DNA of 64,000 nucleotides from a virus: IMG/VR virus record IMGVR_UViG_3300045988_110853, positions 4,077 to 68,076 of that record; one strand, 5' to 3'. Shown piece by piece: positions 30,036 to 38,866 of this stretch (position 1 is its first letter; each line of letters starts with the position of its first letter). The notes under the pieces were generated by a model. It saw only the letters and a program-made list of their open reading frames with translations, ran no database searches and was not told where the DNA came from. The position numbers and the translations under genes were made by a program.

Positions 30036-31456
30036 TAATTATATACTCCTTGTTCTGTATATCTATCATCATTCCAACATTCTTTAGGTAATACCCAATT
30101 ATTTTCTCTGTCAACATAATTATATAATGCAGAAGAAATTCTTAAAGTTCCAATGCTTCTTAACAATTCACTACCAGTAGAAACTAAATTATTATAAGTA
30201 CAAGCAAGATTTTTTGTTGTAATAAAAGCTAAGTGAAGCAATTTATTATAATCATATTTATATACTGAATTTAATTGCCCGCACTCATTTAGCATTTGAT
30301 ATTCATTTAAAATAGCTTGAAACATAAATGGGAAAGAAGAAGTTTTAAATAAATCATATTTATAAAATGTTTTATCAATTTCTTCATCTGAGGCAGTTAA
30401 AAGATTAACGCAAGAATGTCCTCTTGTCATCAAATCTTTGCGAGAAATAGTATCAATAGTGCCATCATCTTTAATATTATCTGGGTTTATATCAAACATA
30501 TAATTCTGACAAGATACCATAGTACCATCCCATAAAAGCTTTAATTCACTACAATTAGAACCGCAAAAATTATTTATAGACAATGATCTAATAACTTCTT
30601 CATTTTTATCTTTAATACATTGTAAAACTTCTTCAATTGTTAAAGGACACCCTTTTTGAACTACATATTCTCCTAAATCATTTAAACTATCTTCATAAAC
30701 ATTTCTATAGCCAATAATTAGACTAACTGGCATCCGTGGATCATGGAAATCAGATACATCAATATTAATTAATCTTTGTAAGAAAGATTCATATTCAATA
30801 CGTTCATCTACTGACCCATCTCTTGGATGTTCCGGACAAATAGAAACTGAAGGATTGAGTGTAATAGCTCGATTAATAACTTTTTCATTTAACTCATATC
30901 CAAAAGTATCTAATTCTTTATAATAATCATGAACTTTTTCAAGAGTATCTAATTGATTAATAAGTGTTCCAGATAATACACCATGTAATTGTATTGAAAT
31001 ATTTGTATGATTAAATTTAATTTTATTTAATCCATCTATAACTGTTGAAATGGTTTGAAAGATACGTTCATTATTCGCATTTCTAATATTATTAGTAGAA
31101 TAAGCTCCATCGTAAGAAAATTGAATTGTTAAACTTACGTCATCTTGGGTTGTTAATTCATCTACTCTTTTCGCAAAAGCGATTATACGCTCTGGAAAAT
31201 CCATTCCATTAGTTGAAAAATCAATATTTCTAATATTAGGAAAAAATTTAAACCAATCATCTAAATGTTCTGTAATAAGATGAAGCGTTAATGTCGGTTC
31301 TTGGCCCCAAAACCCAAAATTATCAATTATATATCTATCAAGATCTAATCTTTTAAAAATCTTTTTTACATTTTCAAGATAAGAACCATCAGATAAAGCT
31401 TTAATTGTATCTTGTTGTAATTTAGCAGAACAACCATTTAAACTATTTTCTATCAT
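30035..31456 (-). CDS. radical-SAM/SPASM-like protein with degenerate Cys triad (likely non-canonical or inactive partner)
   Basis: GFWGQEPTL motif present but upstream CxxxCxxC replaced by C-SAK-LQQ; C-terminal Cys-rich NNFCGSNCSEL...SCQNY. Confidence 0.6.
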   Translation of the reverse strand: MIENSLNGCSAKLQQDTIKALSDGSYLENVKKIFKRLDLDRYIIDNFGFWGQEPTLTLHLITEHLDDWFKFFPNIRNIDFSTNGMDFPERIIAFAKRVDELTTQDDVSLTIQFSYDGAYSTNNIRNANNERIFQTISTVIDGLNKIKFNHTNISIQLHGVLSGTLINQLDTLEKVHDYYKELDTFGYELNEKVINRAITLNPSVSICPEHPRDGSVDERIEYESFLQRLINIDVSDFHDPRMPVSLIIGYRNVYEDSLNDLGEYVVQKGCPLTIEEVLQCIKDKNEEVIRSLSINNFCGSNCSELKLLWDGTMVSCQNYMFDINPDNIKDDGTIDTISRKDLMTRGHSCVNLLTASDEEIDKTFYKYDLFKTSSFPFMFQAILNEYQMLNECGQLNSVYKYDYNKLLHLAFITTKNLACTYNNLVSTGSELLRSIGTLRISSALYNYVDRENNWVLPKECWNDDRYTEQGVYN

Positions 31457-31563
31457 GCAGTACTAACAATGTAAATTACATCCGCATGAAGACACGAGCG
31501 TTACTGCTCTAATATCTATATCTGTATTTTTTTTCATAGACTCTCCTTTTTCTCTTAGAAAAT

Positions 31564-32271
31564 TTAAGACCTTGATCTTCCCGCTCCGCTTCTATTTGCG
31601 CTGTTAGGGCTATAAGCACCTCTATAAGAACAAGCTCTATAATTGCCTCTATGGCTACCATTATTAGACCCTCTATTACTTGTATAATAAGTATAATTAC
31701 TTGAATAATTAGAGCTATTATAAGCATTATTAGAGCTTCTATTAGAACCGTTATAAGCATTGTTAGAGCCTCGATGAGTTCCATCATAAGCATAATATCC
31801 ATTTCTATGGGAACCATCGTAACTAGCACGATAAGCGTTATTAGAAGATCTATAACTACCGTCATAACTACTATCATAGCCATAATTAGATGCTCTGTAA
31901 GTACCATTATAACTACCATCATAAGCATTATTAGAAGCTCTATAACTGCCATTGTAACTACCATCATAAGCGCAAACCGCGTTTACTTCTTCAAGCTTTG
32001 TCCTAATCTGTGATAATGGAGTATGTCTAGTTAGTTCATTTACTCTTGGGGCTGTAAAAGTGTCAAAAGTTGCTTTTGTACCAACATAAGATACATTTCT
32101 TAAATTTTCAATTTCGTTCTTTATTGTGATAACATCTCGCGCCCCAACTGCTTGTCTAGCTTTATCAGGGATAGCAGTTCTACGCTGAGAAAATCTCGTT
32201 TGTGCTGTATTTAAGTTATCATATAAAGCACGAACATCAGCCCATGAAATTCGACTTCCTGCTCCTGCCAT
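31564..32271 (-). CDS. tandem-repeat Tyr/Ser/Asn/Gly/Arg-rich protein; candidate modified-peptide precursor or substrate
   Basis: 235 aa; 110-aa N-terminal region then about 8 repeats of AYDGSYNGSYRASNN; immediately upstream and co-directional with rSAM genes. Confidence 0.5.
   Translation of the reverse strand: MAGAGSRISWADVRALYDNLNTAQTRFSQRRTAIPDKARQAVGARDVITIKNEIENLRNVSYVGTKATFDTFTAPRVNELTRHTPLSQIRTKLEEVNAVCAYDGSYNGSYRASNNAYDGSYNGTYRASNYGYDSSYDGSYRSSNNAYRASYDGSHRNGYYAYDGTHRGSNNAYNGSNRSSNNAYNSSNYSSNYTYYTSNRGSNNGSHRGNYRACSYRGAYSPNSANRSGAGRSRS
31600..31990. repeat. coding tandem repeats (about 45 bp unit) inside 31564-32271
   Basis: gtaactaccatcataagcattattagaagctctataact-like unit recurs about 8 times. 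Confidence 0.6.
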
Positions 32272-32285
32272 AATTTTACTCCTTT

Positions 32286-32468
32286 TTAATTATTAATTGA
32301 GTATTTAATTACAAAATCAACAGAAGAATTATATTCTTGTGCGAAAACTTGATCTCCAATATCATTACTATATTCAAAAGAAAGTTCTTCAACATCATTT
32401 AAATTCTTGTCAAAAATAACACGATAATCTTCTGAAGCTGTTAAATAAGCAACTGTTATTTTATCCAT
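32286..32468 (-). CDS. small hypothetical protein
   Basis: 60 aa ORF. Confidence 0.3.
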   Translation of the reverse strand: MDKITVAYLTASEDYRVIFDKNLNDVEELSFEYSNDIGDQVFAQEYNSSVDFVIKYSINN

Positions 32469-32504
32469 AGTCTCTCTATTTAAATTTTTAATAATATTAG
32501 CTCC

Positions 32505-32696
32505 CTATTTAGCTAAACCTACTTTTTCCATATCATACTCTTTACTAAATTCACGCATACGAAGAAAACAAAAATTATTTTCAGTGCTAGAAGTGGAAGT
32601 GATAGTAAAGGTAATTGGACCTGTAAGCACAGTATCCTCTATGTTTCCATCTTTATTAGTAATAGTAATTTTAAAAGTATTATTCAAATTTACCAT
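32505..32696 (-). CDS. small hypothetical protein
   Basis: 63 aa ORF. Confidence 0.3.
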   Translation of the reverse strand: MVNLNNTFKITITNKDGNIEDTVLTGPITFTITSTSSTENNFCFLRMREFSKEYDMEKVGLAK

Positions 32697-32876
32697 TTTA
32701 ATTTTCCTCCTTAAAAATTTTATAAAATATAGGATATACTATCTATTATCCTATATTTTATAAAAAAAATTTTTATTAATTTAATCTTTCTTGATTAAAT
32801 ATATAAGTCTTTATCTAATTTATATTAATATAATAACAAAAAAAAAGAGTAATGTCAAATGACATTACTCTTTAAA

Positions 32877-33188
32877 TCAATTCAATCCCAATCTCGCCAT
32901 TAGGTCGGCGACATTTTTCTTTTCATCCACAGTAATTTCAACCTGTGTTTCTCCGCCTGCGGTTGCCCCATCTTCAAAATTCAAAACATTTGAATCCGCG
33001 GTTGCGCCTGCTTCACCGACCGGAGTTTTGGGACATGTCATACTAATAGCAATCTGAATTCGCTCGCCATTCTCATTAGCCCAAAGATAATACTTTTTAT
33101 CTCTCTCGCCGATCCAGTCAGCACCAAATACTTCTGCCATCTTCTTGGCGATTTGCTCCTTGGCAATACTTCCCTTAGCCATATACAA
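32877..33188 (-). CDS. hypothetical protein
   Basis: 103 aa ORF. Confidence 0.45.
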   Translation of the reverse strand: MYMAKGSIAKEQIAKKMAEVFGADWIGERDKKYYLWANENGERIQIAISMTCPKTPVGEAGATADSNVLNFEDGATAGGETQVEITVDEKKNVADLMARLGLN

Positions 33189-33194
33189 TTCTCC

Positions 33195-34646
33195 TTACAT
33201 AAAATTACGTGCGAAGTCTTTTAAAGACTTAAAATTATCAACTTTTTCTTCATCAGCATCTTTAAAGCACCAGGGACATAAATACATATCAGTCCCTTTG
33301 TGATAGTGAATATCTTGCGTATAATATAAATTGTTACAACACTCACATCGTTTACAATAAGTATCCGCACAACTATCGCAAACCAATTCATTTTCATCGC
33401 CGACGGAATTTGCTTCATCAAGGATTATACGAGAACCACAACAAGAGCAATAACCATAGTTATCATCCTCATCTACTCCATAATTGAATTCACAATTTCC
33501 GCATCGCATATATTCCCCATTTTCAATCATAGTCTTACCGCACTGTAAACAAGGAACATCCCCGCCAATAGACCAATGAGGAAGATCGTTCTCTCGCGGA
33601 TAATAGTATAACTTTAAACTATAAATTGGTAAATAACAAGAAGAATAAAGCAAATCATTATAGTGAAGAGTATAATAACCCGCATCATCAACAATCTCAC
33701 TAATAGGATACAAGCGAGATAAAATAGGAATCCACGTTTCCGCTAATCCAATAGTCTCTTCACCAAAAGGAGTAATACTCATTCTATTAGAAATATTATT
33801 AATACCCCCATCTACCCATTCGCGCAACTGAAAACTCTTATCAAAGGTATTGATAATATCTCTGATCTGAATTAAAGCATTAGTTGTCATAAAAGGATAC
33901 TGACGTCCAGCCATCAGACCGCGTCGCTTATCTTCCATATATAAAAGCATACGCCATTTCTTAGAATTCCAAAGAACATCTTCGGGAAAATGCGGAAGCT
34001 TCTGATTGTCCGCTCCGCGCAAATAGCAAATAAAAGTGCTCTTATCCACCATATAAGATAAATTTCCTGCTCTATATTCACCATCAAGCGCATGGCAAGA
34101 CCGCCAATTATAAGTATTTTCACTTACACTCAAAAAATCCAAAGGGTGAACTGAAAAACATAACGTTCCTTCAATCTTATCCTCTTGGATAATGCGACTT
34201 GCGTAATTCTGAATATCTTCCAAAGAACGCGGATTTTCTTCAAAATATTTAAAAGCCTTAACTAATTTCATTCCTCTTGGAATCTTTTTATCCTTATAAA
34301 AATAAGTATCAATAACTGTATTATCAAAAAATCCCTTTTTATTTACGGAAATAAAATCAGTTAAATCTCCATTATTATAAGTATAATTAATTGTTTCAAG
34401 AAATTCCTCAAGGCGATGCTCTTTAGTTTTATCATCTAAGGAAAAAGATACTTTTTCCGGCCATTCATAAATCAAATGACCGTGAAAAAAGTTAATTAAG
34501 TCTTTTTTGGCTTCGAGGAATCTTTCGAATAGTTCTTCTGTTTTTGGATTACTGATTCCTTGGGAGTAGCTGATGACTTTGTTGAACTGTTCTCTAATGC
34601 TTTCGATGTCGAAGTCGTATGACATTTGACTAATCCTCCAATACAA
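33195..34646 (-). CDS. large protein with C-terminal multi-zinc-ribbon region; paralog of 37133-38737
   Basis: Shared motifs KGMKL.K, GxLCxSxHPLD, WxSC, GEYRxG, WNSKxWR; C-terminal CxxC clusters. Confidence 0.55.
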   Translation of the reverse strand: MYWRISQMSYDFDIESIREQFNKVISYSQGISNPKTEELFERFLEAKKDLINFFHGHLIYEWPEKVSFSLDDKTKEHRLEEFLETINYTYNNGDLTDFISVNKKGFFDNTVIDTYFYKDKKIPRGMKLVKAFKYFEENPRSLEDIQNYASRIIQEDKIEGTLCFSVHPLDFLSVSENTYNWRSCHALDGEYRAGNLSYMVDKSTFICYLRGADNQKLPHFPEDVLWNSKKWRMLLYMEDKRRGLMAGRQYPFMTTNALIQIRDIINTFDKSFQLREWVDGGINNISNRMSITPFGEETIGLAETWIPILSRLYPISEIVDDAGYYTLHYNDLLYSSCYLPIYSLKLYYYPRENDLPHWSIGGDVPCLQCGKTMIENGEYMRCGNCEFNYGVDEDDNYGYCSCCGSRIILDEANSVGDENELVCDSCADTYCKRCECCNNLYYTQDIHYHKGTDMYLCPWCFKDADEEKVDNFKSLKDFARNFM

Positions 34647-35602
34647 TCTTTACAATACTCACTGTGTGGGTTCGCAGGGTCAATCTCAAATGCCTCTTCA
34701 CACTCCGCACACCATTCAACATTACTGGGAATACAATCCGGACAATAAAAACACGTATGTCCGTCTAAGCCTTTTACTGGAAATGTTTCATATTCGCTAA
34801 ATAACTGACCGCATCCTCTACAATGAACGTAGAATCCACCACCGTCAGTTGGGAAATTTTTACACATATTATCGAACCAAACACTATGATAATCACGATA
34901 ATACTCAAAATCAGGGATATTCTTTTCTTGAAGCATGCGGATTACCTTATTAATTGTGTCAAAAAGAGCACCCGCATTTAATGTTTCAATACGATTATGT
35001 TCGTTTTTATAACCTACTGAAAGATTTACACCACAAATTTTCCATTCGGGACATAAAATACTAATATCACTAAACGTGCCAAAATCCTCTACAAATCCAA
35101 AAGACTCAATGTAGTCCATAAACTTAGGATTGTAAAGGTCATAAAACACACAATCATTTGTGCCTTGTCTATCTAATTGAATAATATATTTCAAATCAGG
35201 AAACGGACAATCAAAATACTGTAATACTAATGCTTCGGCGCCTAATCCACCAAGCTCTTCATCGGTAGTGAAAATAATAGAAGGGCGCAAAGGCGTATTT
35301 CTCAAAATATGAAGAATCGCATATACTCCCGCTCTATCATCCGCGCCAAGTCCGTCCGGAGACCAAAGCACATTTTTTCTTGTATCATAATATAAATCTT
35401 TGACCGGCTTCTCAAACACCGTATCAAGATGAGCCACTAATGCGATCGGGATATCCCCAACTGCACAAACATACTCTTTAGTATCAACCACTTGAGTATA
35501 TTTATTCTTTAATACATCAAGGACATATTTTCTTAACTCCTCTTGTGTTGAGCGAACCAGATATTCAAATAACCAAAGTTCATTAGTTTTAAAACCTCTC
35601 AC
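34496..35602 (-). CDS. M28/M42-like metallopeptidase with C-terminal Cys-rich zinc-ribbon region
   Basis: AHLDTV, GADDRAGV, TTDEELGGLGA metal-ligand motifs; overlaps next gene by about 130 nt. Confidence 0.6.
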   Translation of the reverse strand: MRGFKTNELWLFEYLVRSTQEELRKYVLDVLKNKYTQVVDTKEYVCAVGDIPIALVAHLDTVFEKPVKDLYYDTRKNVLWSPDGLGADDRAGVYAILHILRNTPLRPSIIFTTDEELGGLGAEALVLQYFDCPFPDLKYIIQLDRQGTNDCVFYDLYNPKFMDYIESFGFVEDFGTFSDISILCPEWKICGVNLSVGYKNEHNRIETLNAGALFDTINKVIRMLQEKNIPDFEYYRDYHSVWFDNMCKNFPTDGGGFYVHCRGCGQLFSEYETFPVKGLDGHTCFYCPDCIPSNVEWCAECEEAFEIDPANPHSEYCKDCIGGLVKCHTTSTSKALENSSTKSSATPKESVIQKQKNYSKDSSKPKKT

Positions 35603-35653
35603 AGTTTATTCTCCTATCTTTTATCTTATATTTATATTATAACATTATTTTTT

Positions 35654-36449
35654 TTATTTGTCAATTGACTCCTCTTCCGCCTCAGGGATAGGATTATTCT
35701 GCTTACTCTCTTGAACTGCTTTATCTATAACACGAGAAAATATGAACGCGGTTTCACAATAATGGCAAGTGCCTTGACGCTGACAACGCTGACCGCAATT
35801 AATGCGGGCCGGACCAAAATCTTCGGGGATTCCGCGATTATCCGCATTATAATTTAGATTCGTTAATAAAAGATTTAGATTGCCTTGCCAATGACCGCTT
35901 TGATAGATATCCAGAAGCACAGCTTCTTTGGAGAGTGCGGGCTCGTCAAACTCTAATGTCGAGACATATGTTCCATAATAGTCTACATCTTCCGGTCGGA
36001 CGTAGGAACCGCATATTCCATTTGCTCTTGGAAGATTATCATTATAGCATTTATTCGCAATCATACGAAGCGGAACTTTTGCTTGCTAACTTAATTGTTT
36101 TAAATCAAATGTAAGCGGTGCCCCGATAAAAAGTTCGCTGACTTTAAGATCAAGGAGAACGCGGACTTCCGCCCAAGTAGTAGCAGGATAAGCAAAATAA
36201 TATTTTACATCAATATTACAACCATTACGAGTTAGCATATCCTCAAATGCTACAATAAGATCAACTTTATCCTTAAATGAATTGATCTCTTCCCAGTTTA
36301 CTTCTTCGCCTTTGCGGATTCGGATAATATATCGCTTATCAGGGAATTTCTAAATCATATCATACATAATGTTTATATCGTTATAATTAACCATAAGTTC
36401 GTCAGCCTTCTCACGAACAACATCAGGTTGACGCACAGAAACACAATAT
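35654..36449 (-). CDS. hypothetical protein (2 in-frame TAG; probable TTG start)
   Basis: RBS aaaggagtg then TTG; joins to track ORF 35654-36064 through TAGs. Confidence 0.4.
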
Positions 36450-36577
36450 TTCAAATTATATCACTCCTTTATAATATAATTATAACAAAAAACTCCAATT
36501 TTGTCAAGAAAATTCTAAACGGCTTTTTGCTTTTGGACTTTCGGTATGCGCGACCAGCACCGGTCGGAGCAGATGGT

Positions 36578-36609
36578 AAGAAAAAATGGACTGAAAAAAC
36601 TTTCAGTCC
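36578..36609 (-). terminator. rho-independent terminator
   Basis: GGACTGAAA/TTTCAGTCC hairpin then T-run on minus strand. Confidence 0.55.
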
Positions 36610-36626
36610 ATTTAATCACTTAATTC

Positions 36627-37043
36627 TCAGCCTTCGAAAGCGACCTTACGATAAGCCACTTTCTTGCTGGCCTTACCGCCATCAGCGCCCGGAACGGAAA
36701 CCTCAGTCTTCTCCGCGCGATTCTCGCTCACAAGGGTGCGGAGGCGATAGCTTGCCTTCTGTGCGGAAACATCCTCGTCGCCAAGAGCCTTGACAATCTC
36801 GGGAATAGTCATAAACTCATCACCGGACAGAACATCATAGATCTGCTCGGTCAGCTCATCACCCTCAGCACGCTTGGCGGCCGCACGCTCCTTGGCCTTC
36901 GCAGTCTTCTTATCAAGCAACTCAATCTCATGCTCGCAAAATGCGATCACATCATTGGGATCGTACTTGATCTCGCCAGTATGCATAGCTCCGATAATCG
37001 CGGTCAGATAGTCGCGCTTAGAAACCTTAACTTCATTAGTCAT
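36627..37043 (-). CDS. member of 3-gene paralog family (with 58754-59131 and 61366-61740)
   Basis: Shared KRD(R/Y), HEIELL.KK, C-terminal LxxxxNQRVSxLLRQ-like segments. Confidence 0.5.
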   Translation of the reverse strand: MTNEVKVSKRDYLTAIIGAMHTGEIKYDPNDVIAFCEHEIELLDKKTAKAKERAAAKRAEGDELTEQIYDVLSGDEFMTIPEIVKALGDEDVSAQKASYRLRTLVSENRAEKTEVSVPGADGGKASKKVAYRKVAFEG

Positions 37044-37104
37044 AATTTTTACCTTAACCTTTCATAAACAACAATTTTATTTTAGGAAGTATCTCTTCCT
37101 TTAC

Positions 37105-37144
37105 TTTACATATATATTATATATTATTTTTTTTAAAAAATCAA
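37105..37144 (-). promoter_or_regulatory. class-A promoter
   Basis: TTGATT 37139-37144, TATAAT 37116-37121. Confidence 0.55.
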
Positions 37145-38737
37145 AGAAGCTCTTTGGAGTGGGTGCGTGCCTTCGCACCAAGAAATAAAACTTTTATTAT
37201 CAATGCCAAAGAGCTCTCTACCCTTCTCGGTAAGAGTTTCTCCATCAACATAATAATTATTACGCCAATAATCTCTCTCTTCTTCAATTTCACCAGTGAA
37301 GAATGTTTTTACCTTTTTATCTTCACAGCAGTCCCAGCAGATATCCTGATAGTATCCCATCGGCTTCTTTTGGAATCGAAGACGAATTAGTTTCATATCA
37401 TCATAATCTTTGCGGACTCCGCAACAAGGACAAACCTCAGTAGACTCGTCATAACAGTAAGCACAATAAGTTTTTCCATCAACATTGTAAGTGTCATTGA
37501 CATAAACAATATCGCCACACTTATCGCACTTTGTCGCACCAGAGCAACTCGGGCAAACAGTCATTTCCGCGTCATTCTCTCTATCATCAAGGAAAGAGTC
37601 ATCAAAGATTTCTCCACAACACATACATTCAGATTCGCCCGAATAATTAAGGTCGATACTATCGTCAGCACAGACCTTAGTGGAAACATAAGCATTATGA
37701 TCTGAGTAAATATCATTATACATAAAATTGGTGTCAAAACTAAAATAAATAGTTTTATCAAGCTCACCAATAAAATTAGCGCTATAATTATGAATCTGAT
37801 TCAGATACTGAGTATAAGGACCAAAACCAAGATTCTTCTCAGCGAGTTCCTTAATCCAAGAAAGACAAATGGTTTCAAGGTTTTCATTACAATAAGGATA
37901 CCCCTTAATACCAAGAATCACATTCTCGTCTACAATGAAGAGTTCGCGCCAACGCTTACTATTCCACATAACAGACTGACCGTTCTTGCGCCAAAGCTCC
38001 ATATCCTTATCAGATTTGAGATAGGTTTCAAGAATAATAGGAGAGTTCATCATTTCAACGGTTCCCTGACGATACTCGCCACCGCCATTCTGCCATCTCA
38101 TACAAGAATCCCAACCGCAATCATTATCACTCATAGTCATATAGTCAAGAGGATGAATAGAAAGACAAAGCTCACCAGAAATATTCTTCTGATTAAGGAA
38201 CTGAGAATGGGCGATACGGAACTTTTCATAAATATCGCGGTCAATATCCAAGATATCACTCATCTTGCCGAGCATCTTACTAAGCTTCATACCCTTATTA
38301 ATCATAAGAGTTTTATTGTTATAAGTGAATTTAAAAGATTCCCCATCATAAATGTTAGACATTAAAGGCTCAACATTTAAAAAGTTTATCAAGTTCCAAT
38401 ACTGATCAGGAGTAATGATTTTTTCAAGATGAAGATTCCTTAATTTAGCAGAAAAAAGCTCTTTGAATTCAAATCCATCACCATTCCGACCAAAATAGTC
38501 ATAATAATCCTCGCTCATATCTTCATAAGTGCGAGAATAACTTACCTTGCGAGAAATGATAAGATTATTTCCAAGCATCTTATAAAGACTCTGCTTATTG
38601 TAAGACCAAAAGCGAAGGATATAGTCAAGAGATGCTTCCATATCGGAACTATCTCCACCAAGTCCCGCAAAATTGCGGATATACCATTCAATCTTTTCGC
38701 AATCTTCTTTGGAAAGGAGTTCAAATAAATTAGCCAT
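37133..38737 (-). CDS. large protein with C-terminal multi-zinc-ribbon region; paralog of 33195-34646
   Basis: 534 aa; same motif set as paralog. Confidence 0.55.
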   Translation of the reverse strand: MANLFELLSKEDCEKIEWYIRNFAGLGGDSSDMEASLDYILRFWSYNKQSLYKMLGNNLIISRKVSYSRTYEDMSEDYYDYFGRNGDGFEFKELFSAKLRNLHLEKIITPDQYWNLINFLNVEPLMSNIYDGESFKFTYNNKTLMINKGMKLSKMLGKMSDILDIDRDIYEKFRIAHSQFLNQKNISGELCLSIHPLDYMTMSDNDCGWDSCMRWQNGGGEYRQGTVEMMNSPIILETYLKSDKDMELWRKNGQSVMWNSKRWRELFIVDENVILGIKGYPYCNENLETICLSWIKELAEKNLGFGPYTQYLNQIHNYSANFIGELDKTIYFSFDTNFMYNDIYSDHNAYVSTKVCADDSIDLNYSGESECMCCGEIFDDSFLDDRENDAEMTVCPSCSGATKCDKCGDIVYVNDTYNVDGKTYCAYCYDESTEVCPCCGVRKDYDDMKLIRLRFQKKPMGYYQDICWDCCEDKKVKTFFTGEIEEERDYWRNNYYVDGETLTEKGRELFGIDNKSFISWCEGTHPLQRASLIF

Positions 38738-38769
38738 ATCTTATCAACCTCTTTTTAATATCTTTCTTA

Positions 38770-38815
38770 ACCTTATATATATATTATAATATATTTTTTT
38801 ATAAAAATAAAGAAA
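38770..38815 (-). promoter_or_regulatory. class-A promoter variant (weak -35)
   Basis: ttatatatatattataatatatttttttataaaaataaagaaag. Confidence 0.4.
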
Positions 38816-38866
38816 GCCCTTTGCGGTCAATCAAAGGGCTTTCTTTTGAAAGGGGTTTTATTATAT

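Noticed and set aside
31509-31967. 152-aa Met/Val/Ile-rich ORF
   Set aside because: Alternative frame of the tandem-repeat gene 31564-32271. It inherits the repeat periodicity.
36428-36793. 121-aa plus-strand ORF
   Set aside because: Antisense to 36627-37043 and GC-skewed. No RBS.
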